Source: an uncultured Chitinophaga sp.
GTDB taxonomy: Bacteria; Bacteroidota; Bacteroidia; Chitinophagales; Chitinophagaceae
Reading direction: 5' to 3'
Assembly: GCF_937898475.1 (NCBI RefSeq)
Contig: NZ_CALEJS010000032.1
Span: forward strand, 115,841 to 179,840
Length of the DNA stretch: 64,000 nucleotides
Shown here: positions 46,009 through 55,890 of the stretch, piece after piece
Position numbering within the stretch: position 1 is the stretch's first letter
Layout of the letters: every line of letters starts with the position of its first letter
The notes under the pieces: generated by a model
Seen by the model: only the letters and a program-made list of their open reading frames with translations
What the model was told of the DNA's origin: nothing
The model's database searches: none
Translations under genes and position numbers: made by a program

Positions 46009-49000
46009 TTATTTTGCCCTGACAGGTGGTTTAGGTATTGTTACATCGGCGGTTTTCTTCACTTCCTTCATCAGCAGCTCTACCGCTTTGTCCAGCTGCG
46101 GATCTTTACCTGCAATCACATCTGACGGTGTCATTTCTATCTCTACATCCGGCGCAACGCCTTCATTCTCGATGATCCATTTTCCGTCTTTGCTGAAGAT
46201 ACCCAGGCGGGGCGCAGTGGCATAGCCACCATCCATCAATACGGGATAATTATAAATACCCACCAGTATACCCATGGTAGTGGTACCTACCAGCTGTCCC
46301 ATTTTCTTTTCACGGAAGAGGAAAGGCATCAGGTCTCCACCGGAGCCTGCATAACCATTGGTGACCATGATCTTGGGGCCAAAGATAGCGTTGCCCGGAG
46401 TGGTTTGCGGTCTGCCATCGCGGGTAGCCCAGTAGTTGAGCAGTTCGCGGTTCATCAGGTCTATTACATAGTCTGCTGCAGAGCCGCCACCATTGAAGCG
46501 TTCGTCCAGCACCACGCCTTTTTTATCCAGCTGGGAGAAGTAGTAGCGGTTAAAGAAGGTATAGCCATCACTACCGGTATTGGGCATATATACATAGGCC
46601 AGCTGCCCGTTACTGAGCTGGTCTACCCGGCGGCGGTTACCTTCTACCCAGGCCATGTTGCGAAGGTTGATTTCAGCATTGACGGGTACCACCGTAAATT
46701 CTTTGGCGCCGGTAGCAGAGGGCTGGCTGTTTACCAGGATGCGCACCTGTTTACCCACAGTGTTCTGCAGCAGATCGTAAATATTATCTTTCTCTTCCAG
46801 CGGTTTACCGTTTACGGCGAGCAGGTAATCGCCTTCCTTCACCAGTATGCCTGGCTGGGTAAGAGGAGCCTGGAATTGCGGGTTCCAATTAAGGCCGGAG
46901 TATATTTTGCGGAAACGGTAATGCCCGTTCTCAATAGTATAGTCTGCACCCAGCAGGCCCACGTTCACGTTTATGGGCGAAGGCGCATCGCCCAGTCCTA
47001 CATAGTTGTGCCCTACCACCAGCTCGCTCATCATCTCATTAAAAAGATAGTTGAGGTCTTCGCGGTGACTTACATAGGGCAGGAATTGCTCGTATTTATG
47101 CCTGATTGCTTTCCAGTCGGCTCCGTGCATGTTGGCCACATAGAAGAAATCTCTTTCCATGCGCCACAGTTCATTAAACATCTGTTTCCATTCTGCTGCC
47201 GGATCTACCATGATGCGGATCCCAGACGTATTCAGCCTGCCATCGCTGTTGGTAGATTTACCGCTGGTACTCACAATACCCAGGTTGCTGCCGCTGGCGT
47301 ACAACAGTTTTTTACCGTCTGCGCTGATCTCATAGTTGCTAACGGTATTGATGACCACATCGCTTTTACGTTTGGCAATATCATAAGCATAAAGATTGCC
47401 GCCATCCAGGTAAAACAGTTTGCCATCCACACTGGCGTTGAGGCGTGTGTATGCTTTGGCGGAGAGCGGTAATGCAACGATACGCTGATCAATATCCTGC
47501 AGATCGATACGGATGTTCTTTGATTTATCTTTCGATGCTTTTGATGTATCTGCAGCGGCTGGTTTTGCAGGAGTATCGCCGCTTTTAATGGTTTCTTCAT
47601 CACTTTCCGGCGCCAGTAATGAAGGCGCTTCATTGGCCAGTACTACTGCGTAGATGCTGCTTTGTACATCTCGTTCGTAGTTGGTCATGTCCAGCCAGCC
47701 TGTATTGAGCGCGTAGTTGGTGCTGGCAGTAAAGAAGAGAAATTTGCCGTCGCGGCTGAAAGTGGGCTGACTGGCTTCGCTGCGCCCGTCGGTGATCTGG
47801 TGGCTTTTACCTGTAGCTACATCATAGATGAATACAGCACGCAGAATGTTGGGCAGCCTTTTATGATAAGTGATCCAGCGGGAATCCTGGCTCCAGCTGG
47901 CAGCAAAGGATTGGTCGGGCCGGTCGTAGGTATCTTCATCGATCAGAACAGGCTTTTTAGCATCAATATCTATATAGTACAAACGAAGATGTTTATCATG
48001 ATAGATGATCTTTTTACTATCGGGCGACCAGACAGGATCATAGTAAAAGCTGGGCTCTCCCAGGGAAATAGTAATAGCCGGCTTTTCACCTTTCTGATCA
48101 CGAAGCTTTAAGGTATACTCGCCGCTTTCATCAGAGAAGTAGGCAATCCATTTACCATCTGGCGACCATGACGGATCACGTTCATGTGCGCCTGTTGTAT
48201 TGGTAAGATTACGGATATCGCCTTTTTCTGCAGGAACGGTGAGTATCTCGCCCCTGGCTTCTACAACAGCGCGCACACCGGTGGGTGATATCTTCATATT
48301 ACGTACGCTGCCGCCTGTCCAGTGGGGCCGTTTATACGGCAGATCAGCCTGCAGGGCTATTTCAAGGGCTTTTGACCGGCCGTTCTCCCAGAGATGTATT
48401 TTACCTGCCTGCTCATATACAAGGCTGTTGCCGCTGGCAGCCAGTGTTTTTACATCAAAGTCTTTATGGTTGGTGATCTGTGTAACCTGTTTATCAGTGA
48501 GCTGATAGCGGAAAACATTGGTAGTGCCGTTACGGTCGCTCAGGAAGTATACGTCATTACCCATCCATACGGGGCGTGTGTTGTTAGCACCTGCTGCCGG
48601 TACTTCAGTGATTTCCAGCGTCTGGTTATTGAAGATCCAGATCTTTGGCATGTTGCCGCCGCGATAGTGTTTGAAAGGCCTGTAAACGCCTGATTTTTCA
48701 GTAGGATCAGGACTTTTGATATAAGCAGTGTATTTGCCATCCGGAGAGATATTTCCCTGGTGCGCTTCCGGCATTTTCAGTGCCTGTGGCAGTCCGCCGT
48801 TGATATCTGCTTCAAACAATTTGTAATAACGCGGAGAATAAGATTCACGCGCAGATGAGAACACTATCTTATCATTACCATGCCATCCCCTTACAATATC
48901 TCCGTAAGGATGGAAGGTGATGCGGCGGGGAATACCACCGTTTGCAGATACAACATACACATCATTGTTACCATCATAATTGCCGCTGAATGCAATCCAC

Positions 49001-49227
49001 TTACCGTCGGGAGACAGCATGGGCTCAGCTTCTACATCGGGATTAACCGTGATGCGGCGCGGATTTGAGCCATCTCTACCTGCTACCCAGATATCACCGG
49101 CATAGGCAAAAGCAATCTTATCCTGACTTACAGATGGCGATCTTAATAATAAAGTTTCCTGTTGTGCATTGGAAGTTAGGGAAACAACCAGCCCTGTCAA
49201 GAGCAGGGCACAGTAACGTAAATACAT
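46009..49227 (-). CDS. Tricorn-protease-like S41 peptidase (beta-propellers + PDZ + S41 domain), secreted
   Basis: 1072 aa with a signal peptide. The N-terminus LLRSPSVSQDKIAFAYAGDIWV and repeated PD40/WD40-like S(P)DGK motifs are present. The C-terminus has ...GGGSAADYVID... and NGYAGSGGD, typical of the tricorn core/S41. Confidence 0.88.
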   Translation of the reverse strand: MYLRYCALLLTGLVVSLTSNAQQETLLLRSPSVSQDKIAFAYAGDIWVAGRDGSNPRRITVNPDVEAEPMLSPDGKWIAFSGNYDGNNDVYVVSANGGIPRRITFHPYGDIVRGWHGNDKIVFSSARESYSPRYYKLFEADINGGLPQALKMPEAHQGNISPDGKYTAYIKSPDPTEKSGVYRPFKHYRGGNMPKIWIFNNQTLEITEVPAAGANNTRPVWMGNDVYFLSDRNGTTNVFRYQLTDKQVTQITNHKDFDVKTLAASGNSLVYEQAGKIHLWENGRSKALEIALQADLPYKRPHWTGGSVRNMKISPTGVRAVVEARGEILTVPAEKGDIRNLTNTTGAHERDPSWSPDGKWIAYFSDESGEYTLKLRDQKGEKPAITISLGEPSFYYDPVWSPDSKKIIYHDKHLRLYYIDIDAKKPVLIDEDTYDRPDQSFAASWSQDSRWITYHKRLPNILRAVFIYDVATGKSHQITDGRSEASQPTFSRDGKFLFFTASTNYALNTGWLDMTNYERDVQSSIYAVVLANEAPSLLAPESDEETIKSGDTPAKPAAADTSKASKDKSKNIRIDLQDIDQRIVALPLSAKAYTRLNASVDGKLFYLDGGNLYAYDIAKRKSDVVINTVSNYEISADGKKLLYASGSNLGIVSTSGKSTNSDGRLNTSGIRIMVDPAAEWKQMFNELWRMERDFFYVANMHGADWKAIRHKYEQFLPYVSHREDLNYLFNEMMSELVVGHNYVGLGDAPSPINVNVGLLGADYTIENGHYRFRKIYSGLNWNPQFQAPLTQPGILVKEGDYLLAVNGKPLEEKDNIYDLLQNTVGKQVRILVNSQPSATGAKEFTVVPVNAEINLRNMAWVEGNRRRVDQLSNGQLAYVYMPNTGSDGYTFFNRYYFSQLDKKGVVLDERFNGGGSAADYVIDLMNRELLNYWATRDGRPQTTPGNAIFGPKIMVTNGYAGSGGDLMPFLFREKKMGQLVGTTTMGILVGIYNYPVLMDGGYATAPRLGIFSKDGKWIIENEGVAPDVEIEMTPSDVIAGKDPQLDKAVELLMKEVKKTADVTIPKPPVRAK

Positions 49228-49271
49228 AGGCTTGTTAAAATTGAGGTTTGTAAGATAGTGTAAAAAAAATC

Positions 49272-49295
49272 AGAGCCTGATAAAAATCAGGCTCT
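49272..49295. other. Terminator-like hairpin inside a divergent promoter region
   Basis: The 9-bp stem agagcctga / tcaggctct has loop taaaaa, with A8 on the left and ttcttttcc on the right. It lies 45 nt upstream of the tricorn-like gene start. Confidence 0.4.
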
Positions 49296-49591
49296 TTCTT
49301 TTCCCTCAAAATAACCATTAAAGACACGACTATTTACGAATAAAATAGCGTGACCGGTAATGCAGTTTACTATAAATATTATAATTTAAAAAGATGTTAA
49401 CTAATCAATAACAGATTGAATTTTATTTAAATCAAACAATATTGATAATCAATATAAATAAAATAAGTATTATCTTAATATGTTAACGGGATTTTAACGT
49501 AACCCATCGTTTTTTGATCTTTTCCGGGGCGATCCGGGGTAGATTTTTCATGCACCTGTTAACACATGATAAACATATTTTGGGGTGTTGA

Positions 49592-51730
49592 TTGATTACA
49601 TTCGCTCGCTTAAAAAACATTGTTAATCCAAATTATCGTCCATTGCGTACCGCACCCTTTTTACGTTTATCCATTGCATTCACTACCGGTATCGGGCTGC
49701 AGCTATGGCTTTCCTGCGATTGGCGGTGGATGGTCTGCCTGGTTTTGACATCAATTGCGGGCATGATGTTGATCAGATTTTTGGCTACAGGCCAACAATA
49801 TGTACTGAGAAACCTGCGCAGCATGTGGGTGTATCTGCTCATCTGCTGCAGCGGCGCTTTGCTGGTATGGCTGAAGGATGCAAGGCGCCACGCTGATCAT
49901 TTCGGAAAGCATTTTTATAGTAAGAACTCCTTATTGGTGAGGCTACAGGAACCCTTGCAGGAAAAAGCGCGCAGTTATAAGGCCGTGGCAGTGGTGGACG
50001 CATTTATCCGTAATGGAAAAGCGCTAAGGGCAAATGGTAAACTACTCTTGTACTTCCAACGGGATACGGCCGCGGCCAGCTTAACCTGCGGAGACCTGGT
50101 ACTGATCTGCGGAGAACTGCAGCCTGTAAGTAGCAGCGGTAATCCCGGCGCTTTTGATTACCGCCGGTATTGCGCCGCCAGGCAGATCTTTCACCAGGCA
50201 TATATCAGGACAGGCTACTGGAAAAGATCATCGCTGCAGGCAGAGGGGATGGAGGCCCGTTACCTGTTGCCCGCAAGGAACTGGTGTATCCGCACGCTGC
50301 AACAGTACCTGGGCAGAGGGCCGGAATCCGCACTGGCGGCAGCTTTGCTGATAGGCTACCGTTATGACCTCGAGAGCACCCTGGTGCAGTCATATACCAA
50401 TGCAGGTGTGGTGCATATTATTGCCATATCAGGCATGCACCTGGCGCTGATCTACAGCTGCCTGTTATGGTTACTGCAGTGGTGGCCAGCACACCGGTAT
50501 TCCGGTGTGATCAAAATGCTGCTTATCTGCGTACTGTTATGGGGCTTTACCCTCCTGGCGGGGGGAGCTGCGTCTATTTTACGGGCAGCGGTGATGTTCA
50601 CCGTTATTGCTGCGGGAGAGCTGCTGTTGCGCCGTTATGCCAATATTTATAACACCCTGGCGGCGTCTGCTTTCCTGTTGTTGTGTTATGATCCCTGGTT
50701 GCTGCTGGATGTTGGATTCCAGTTATCCTACCTGGCGGTGCTGGGCATCGTACTGTGTTACCGCCCCTTGTATGAGCTGTGGCCTATCCGGTGGTGGTGG
50801 CTGGATAAGTTATGGCAGGGGGCAGCGGTAAGTGTGGCGGCACAGGCGCTTACCCTGCCAGTGTGCCTGTACTATTTTCACCAGTTCCCGAACCTTTTTC
50901 TGCCGGCTAACCTGGTAATAGTGGCCCTTTCCACGGTTATCCTGTATGGTCTTATTTTACTATTGGCCTTATCGCCTTTTCCTGTAGCAGCTCATTACGC
51001 GGGTATGGTGCTGCAACAGCTGATCAATGGGATGAATAAACTGGCCGCCTTTATTGAAAGCCTGCCCTACGCGGTAACAGATCATATCTATATGCCGCTG
51101 TATGCAACCGTGTTTGCCTATATAATTATGGCAGCTCTGCTGGCCTTGTGGCTGGGGCGGTGGAAACAGGGGCTGATAACAGCCCTTGCATTTGTTCTTT
51201 GCTGGAGTGGTGTATATGCCATAGACCTTATACAGGCACAGAAAAGAAGGCTGATCATCGTGTATAACGTTCCCGGTTACACGGCCGTGGATATTATCAG
51301 GGAAAGGCGGGTACAGTTTGCAGGAGATACCGGCTTACTGCATAACAAGGCGCTGGTAGAAAGATACCTGCAGCCATCCAGGCAGCAATACCTGGTAAAG
51401 GACAACTATACGCCGGGTCTACAGCAGCCCGGAATCCCTGAAGGTGTAAGCAGCGGGTTTATCTGCACCGGTAATACAAGGCTGGTGATCATAGACAGTA
51501 GCTGGCGGCCATCCATCCCTTTAAAAAAATTCCGGACAGACTATCTGCTATTGTCTCATCGTCCAAAGTTGAGTATCATGCAATTAAAGGATATGTTTGT
51601 TTTTAAGATGATCATTTTTGACGCTTCCAACCCATTATGGCAAATACAGCAGTGGAAAAATGATTGCAGCGCCCTAACTTTGCGCTGCTTTTCGGTTCCG
51701 GATCAGGGAGCCTATCTTATTAATTTCTAA
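49592..51730 (+). CDS. comEC: ComEC/Rec2-family DNA internalisation channel protein
   Basis: 712 aa, polytopic. The competence-domain motif VVHIIAISGMHLALI is present. TTG start. Confidence 0.85.
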   Translation: MITFARLKNIVNPNYRPLRTAPFLRLSIAFTTGIGLQLWLSCDWRWMVCLVLTSIAGMMLIRFLATGQQYVLRNLRSMWVYLLICCSGALLVWLKDARRHADHFGKHFYSKNSLLVRLQEPLQEKARSYKAVAVVDAFIRNGKALRANGKLLLYFQRDTAAASLTCGDLVLICGELQPVSSSGNPGAFDYRRYCAARQIFHQAYIRTGYWKRSSLQAEGMEARYLLPARNWCIRTLQQYLGRGPESALAAALLIGYRYDLESTLVQSYTNAGVVHIIAISGMHLALIYSCLLWLLQWWPAHRYSGVIKMLLICVLLWGFTLLAGGAASILRAAVMFTVIAAGELLLRRYANIYNTLAASAFLLLCYDPWLLLDVGFQLSYLAVLGIVLCYRPLYELWPIRWWWLDKLWQGAAVSVAAQALTLPVCLYYFHQFPNLFLPANLVIVALSTVILYGLILLLALSPFPVAAHYAGMVLQQLINGMNKLAAFIESLPYAVTDHIYMPLYATVFAYIIMAALLALWLGRWKQGLITALAFVLCWSGVYAIDLIQAQKRRLIIVYNVPGYTAVDIIRERRVQFAGDTGLLHNKALVERYLQPSRQQYLVKDNYTPGLQQPGIPEGVSSGFICTGNTRLVIIDSSWRPSIPLKKFRTDYLLLSHRPKLSIMQLKDMFVFKMIIFDASNPLWQIQQWKNDCSALTLRCFSVPDQGAYLINF

Positions 51731-51743
51731 TGTTTTTCCATTC

Positions 51744-53258
51744 ATGCAAAAGCAAATTAAATCAGCATTGATCTCCGTTTTCTATAAAGATAACCTGGAG
51801 AACATTGTGAAGAAACTGGGTGAACAAGGTGTAACTATTTATTCTACGGGCGGTACGCAGAAATTTATCGAGGAGCAGGGAGTGCAATGTGTAGCGGTTG
51901 AAGACCTGACGGCCTATCCGTCCATATTGGGCGGAAGGGTAAAAACCTTACACCCAAAGGTATTTGGCGGTATACTGGCACGTCGTGGTAACCCGCAGGA
52001 CCTTGCGCAATTGCAGGAGTACGGAATACCGGAAATTGACCTGGTGATAGTAGATCTTTATCCCTTTGAGGAAACCGTAAAAAGCACCAGCGACGAACAG
52101 ACCATCATCGAGAAAATAGACATTGGCGGCGTATCGCTGATCCGTGCAGCCGGTAAGAATTACAAAGATGTGGTGATCGTAGCCAGCAAAGATCAGTATG
52201 CAGACTTAGAGCAGGTACTGGTGGAAAATAAAGGCAATACCACTGTTGAAGAACGCCGCAAATTTGCCGCAAAAGCATTTGAAGTATGCGCCCATTATGA
52301 TGTGGCTATTTCCAGGTATTTCCTGAATAATGAACCTGCGCAGTACTTCCAGTCTTCCGTAGCGGAAGGCCAGGTAATGCGTTACGGTGAGAACCCGCAT
52401 CAGCGTGGGGTATTTTACGGCAACCTGCAGGAGCTGTTCAACAAGCTCCACGGCAAGGAGCTTTCCTATAACAACCTGGTGGATGTAGACGCCGCCTGCC
52501 AGCTGGTACAGGAGTTTAAGGAAACCACTTTTGCCGTTATCAAACACACCAATGTGTGTGGCATTGCCAGCCGTCCCACGCTGAAAGAGGCCTGGGAAGC
52601 TGCCCTGGCAGGCGATAAGGAAAGCGCTTTTGGCGGCGTGCTGGCATGCAACGTAGTGGTAGACAAAGCCACTGCGGAGTCTATCAGCGAGATATTTTTT
52701 GAAATACTCATTGCCCCAGGCTTTGATGCAGATGCACTGGCCGTTCTCACTACCAAGAAGAACCGCATATTGTTAGAACAGCGTCAGCCTGCCGGACAGC
52801 CCTATATGTTTAAGAATGTACTGAACGGCGTACTGGTGCAGGACAATGATGCAGGTAGCTACAAAGACTGGAACGATGCCGGCGCCCGTCCTGCCTCCCA
52901 GGCGGAAAAAGAAGACCTGCAGTTTGCCAACCTGGTGTGCAAGCACCTGAAATCAAACGCCATTGCCCTGGTAAAGAACAAGCAGCTGATCGGTAAGGGA
53001 TGCGGCCAGACCTCCCGTGTGGATGCCCTGCGCCATGCCATTGAAAAGGCCCACCAGTTCAATTTTGACCTGAAAGGCGCTGCCATGGCTTCAGACGCCT
53101 TCTTTCCCTTTGACGACTGCGTACGCATTGCCCATACCGAAGGCATCACTTCCGTGATCCAGCCCGGTGGGTCTGTAAGAGACAACGACTCCATCGAGTT
53201 CTGCAAGCAGCATGACATGGTGATGGTGATGACGGGTATGCGCCACTTTAAACACTAA
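51744..53258 (+). CDS. purH: Bifunctional AICAR transformylase / IMP cyclohydrolase
   Basis: ALISVFYKDNLENIVKKL...YSTGGTQKF..., GGRVKTLHPKVFGGILARR, and the C-terminal ...IQPGGSVRD...MVMTGMRHFKH. Confidence 0.95.
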   Translation: MQKQIKSALISVFYKDNLENIVKKLGEQGVTIYSTGGTQKFIEEQGVQCVAVEDLTAYPSILGGRVKTLHPKVFGGILARRGNPQDLAQLQEYGIPEIDLVIVDLYPFEETVKSTSDEQTIIEKIDIGGVSLIRAAGKNYKDVVIVASKDQYADLEQVLVENKGNTTVEERRKFAAKAFEVCAHYDVAISRYFLNNEPAQYFQSSVAEGQVMRYGENPHQRGVFYGNLQELFNKLHGKELSYNNLVDVDAACQLVQEFKETTFAVIKHTNVCGIASRPTLKEAWEAALAGDKESAFGGVLACNVVVDKATAESISEIFFEILIAPGFDADALAVLTTKKNRILLEQRQPAGQPYMFKNVLNGVLVQDNDAGSYKDWNDAGARPASQAEKEDLQFANLVCKHLKSNAIALVKNKQLIGKGCGQTSRVDALRHAIEKAHQFNFDLKGAAMASDAFFPFDDCVRIAHTEGITSVIQPGGSVRDNDSIEFCKQHDMVMVMTGMRHFKH

Positions 53259-53265
53259 CTTGCAC

Positions 53266-53298
53266 GCTACCGTGTGCCGCAAACCGGTGCACGGTAGC
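53266..53298 (+). terminator. Possible terminator after purH
   Basis: The 9-bp stem gctaccgtg / cacggtagc has a 15-nt loop, but the T-tract (ttcacatt) is weak. Confidence 0.35.
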
Positions 53299-53426
53299 TT
53301 CACATTATACTATATTAACTGCCTGATCCCTGCACTATCCTTGCTTTTCTATATCCCCCCGCATTTCGTTAAAATAATATCACTTAACAGGCTAGAAAAA
53401 TTTTTATTAGTATTGCTGTAGAAGAT

Positions 53427-54005
53427 ATGGCATTCCTACACCACAATACCATGCAGGACGCAACAGACGCCGGCCTTATCCGGGAGTACAAAACCACCGG
53501 CAAGTTGGAGTTCCTGGCTGCGCTCTATCAACGCTATATGAATCTGGTATATGGGGTGTGCCTGCGCTATTTTGATGAAACTGCCAGTAAAGACGCTGTG
53601 ATGCAGATATTTGAAGAGCTGATCCCCAAGCTGCAGCAGCACGAGGTGCAAAACTTCAAAAGCTGGCTGCATGTGCTCACGCGCAATCATTGCCTCATGA
53701 AGCTGCGGGCCATGAAACCGCGGGAAGGAAGGGTGGTATCCCTGGAAGACCGGCCTGTTATGGAAAGCGAGGAATTATTACATCATGAAAACGGGTTTAG
53801 CCTGGAAGGGCGCCTGCAGGCCATGGAGCAATGCCTGGAAACCCTGCCGGCTGAACAGCAGAAAAGCGTGCAGCTGTTCTACCTGCAGGAGAAAAGTTAC
53901 CGCGAGGTGGCAGAACTTACAGGATACGAAATGAAGAAAGTGAAGAGCTATATACAGAACGGCAAGCGTAACCTGAAAATATGTATGGAGCAGAAACATG
54001 CCTGA
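53427..54005 (+). CDS. ECF-type RNA polymerase sigma-70 factor
   Basis: 192 aa with region 2 (LYQRYMNLVYGVCLRYF...WLHVLTRNHC) and region 4 (LFYLQEKSYREVAELTGYEMKKVKSYIQNGKRNL). An 8-nt overlap joins it to the next gene. Confidence 0.9.
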   Translation: MAFLHHNTMQDATDAGLIREYKTTGKLEFLAALYQRYMNLVYGVCLRYFDETASKDAVMQIFEELIPKLQQHEVQNFKSWLHVLTRNHCLMKLRAMKPREGRVVSLEDRPVMESEELLHHENGFSLEGRLQAMEQCLETLPAEQQKSVQLFYLQEKSYREVAELTGYEMKKVKSYIQNGKRNLKICMEQKHA

Positions 54006-55668
54006 CAAGCATTCAAATAATAAACCAAGGGTAAGCGAAGCGCTTATACGCCAGTACCTGGCCGGCGAGCTGGATGATAAAGCTATGCATGCCCTGGAAC
54101 GGCAGGCCCTGGACGATCCTTTTCTGGCAGAAGCCCTGGAAGGTTACGCCGGGCATGAACCTGATCAGTCTGCACACCTGGCAGAGCTGCAGCAAAGGCT
54201 GGAGCAGCGGGTGGCAAAGTCTGATAAGGGCCGGCTGCGTTTGCTGTACTACCGTTGGGCATCCGCTGCTGCCATCCTGGTAATACTGGCCCTGAGTTTT
54301 TTATGGATCAACCGGCAACAATCTGCCGAGCTTCAAAAGAATTTCGCCAGATCGGAAGAGCAGCAACCGGCTCCCCGGGCATATAAAGCAATTGACAGTA
54401 CTAAACAGGTGCAGGTCCCACCTGCTGCAGACACACCGGCCAAATCAGGAACTCACAAAAAGCCCCCTTTGCCTGCGACCGCGCGGCCACCTGTTAAAGC
54501 GCGCCAGCTTGAGAAGGAGCATACACCGGAAGTAGCTCTGGAAGCAGCTAAAGCCCGTGATGCTGCGTTGGCTGCAGTAACGGAAAAAATAGCTGCCATA
54601 AGCAGAACGGAGGACAGCATCAGCGCCGGTTTGCTTGTGACAAATAAGGCAGTGGAAGGAAATGCAGTTGCCGGAGATCCACAAGGGTTGATAACTGCCT
54701 ACGGGACTAAGGTGAGGAGAACCGTTCGGGGAGTGGCCTTATCTGCTCCCGCTGAGCGTTTTTTTAACGGGAGAGTGGTAGACAAGGTGAGCGGCGAACC
54801 TTTGCCCGGTGTAAATGTCATCGCCGGTAATAAAGCGGCTATAACAGACAGTAAAGGAGCTTTCGCTATACCACTGGATACGACGGAATCTCCTTTATTG
54901 AAACTGGCTTATATTGGCTATAACAGTCAGCAGTTGCGATTTGACAAACAGCAGGACAATGTGACGGTGGCCCTGGAGCCGTCCAGAGAGGCCTTAAGTG
55001 AAGTAGTGGTAACGGCTATGGGAAAACTGTCTGGCAGGGCCAAACGTGCCCGCAAAGCCAATCAGCATCAACGTGCACATCACATTGTGGTACTGGGATC
55101 TTCAACAGCTGCAGGCACGGGGCCTAAAACGCCTGACAGCGCCTGGGTAAACCTGCTCCGCGAGTACCTGCAATCAGATGATACATCGGTAAGGGTAACC
55201 AATCTTGCCGTAGGTGGTTTCACCAGCTACAAGATATTGCCGGAAGGCCGGGACTTACCCTTCTACAAACCGAAGCCTGACCTGGAACATAATATTGACA
55301 AGGCACTATCCCTGAAGCCGGATCTTATCATCATTAACCTGCCCTCCAATGATATCACGGAAGGGTTCTCTGTAGAAGATTTCCGCGTTAACCTGAAGAT
55401 GGTGACGGATATTTTACGTCAGCAGGGCATCCGCTACTATATTACAACCACACAACCCCGTAATACCACTGCAGACAAACGTAAGAAACTGCAGCGCATG
55501 CGGGATATTATAATGAGCAGCTACCGGAACAATTTTATTGATTTCTGGGACGGACTGGGCACGGCAGACGGTAATATAGCGCCTCAGTATGATAGTGGCG
55601 ACGGTGTACACCTGAACGGCCTGGGGCACCGCATCATGTTTGAGCGGGTGGCAGCAAAGATCCAGTAA
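53998..55668 (+). CDS. Anti-sigma-like N-domain / TM / CarboxypepD_reg-like domain / SGNH (GDSL) hydrolase fusion protein
   Basis: The N-terminus is LIRQYLAGELDDKAMHALERQALDDPFLAEALEGY and the TM is WASAAAILVILALSFLWI. FNGRVVDKVSGEPLPGVNVIAGNKAAITDSKGAFAIPL is CarboxypepD_reg-like. The C-terminus has SGNH blocks: VVLGSSTAAG (block I Ser), INLPSNDI (block III) and DGVHLN (block V Asp/His). Confidence 0.8.
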   Translation: MPDKHSNNKPRVSEALIRQYLAGELDDKAMHALERQALDDPFLAEALEGYAGHEPDQSAHLAELQQRLEQRVAKSDKGRLRLLYYRWASAAAILVILALSFLWINRQQSAELQKNFARSEEQQPAPRAYKAIDSTKQVQVPPAADTPAKSGTHKKPPLPATARPPVKARQLEKEHTPEVALEAAKARDAALAAVTEKIAAISRTEDSISAGLLVTNKAVEGNAVAGDPQGLITAYGTKVRRTVRGVALSAPAERFFNGRVVDKVSGEPLPGVNVIAGNKAAITDSKGAFAIPLDTTESPLLKLAYIGYNSQQLRFDKQQDNVTVALEPSREALSEVVVTAMGKLSGRAKRARKANQHQRAHHIVVLGSSTAAGTGPKTPDSAWVNLLREYLQSDDTSVRVTNLAVGGFTSYKILPEGRDLPFYKPKPDLEHNIDKALSLKPDLIIINLPSNDITEGFSVEDFRVNLKMVTDILRQQGIRYYITTTQPRNTTADKRKKLQRMRDIIMSSYRNNFIDFWDGLGTADGNIAPQYDSGDGVHLNGLGHRIMFERVAAKIQ

Positions 55669-55682
55669 GTAAGTTTATTTCT

Positions 55683-55880
55683 CTATTTCTCCCGGATGGC
55701 TTTGATCAAAGCCCTGTTCCGCCGGTCCTCCCGGGCGTTGTTGAGAGAGACCACGGCCCAGATAGCTGCCGGCAGCCAGCCGATAAGGGTAATTTGTAAC
55801 ACCAGGCAGAGAATGCCGGAAAGGATCCTTCCCCTTAACAGGAAGGACAGCCAGGGTAACAGTATAGCGATAAGGGTCAT
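55683..55880 (-). CDS. Small two-TM membrane protein (YqaE/Pmp3-like topology)
   Basis: I prefer the ATG at 55880 (MTLIAILLPWLSFLLRGRILSGILCLVLQITLIGWLPAAIWAVVSL...). The longer track ORF would overlap the upstream gene. Confidence 0.5.
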   Translation of the reverse strand: MTLIAILLPWLSFLLRGRILSGILCLVLQITLIGWLPAAIWAVVSLNNAREDRRNRALIKAIREK

Positions 55881-55890
55881 AAAAAAAGTA

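Noticed and set aside
46405-47472. 355-aa + strand ORF inside the tricorn-like protease gene, and 58665..59579 inside gldE
   Set aside because: Both are antisense shadows of long, well-supported genes.
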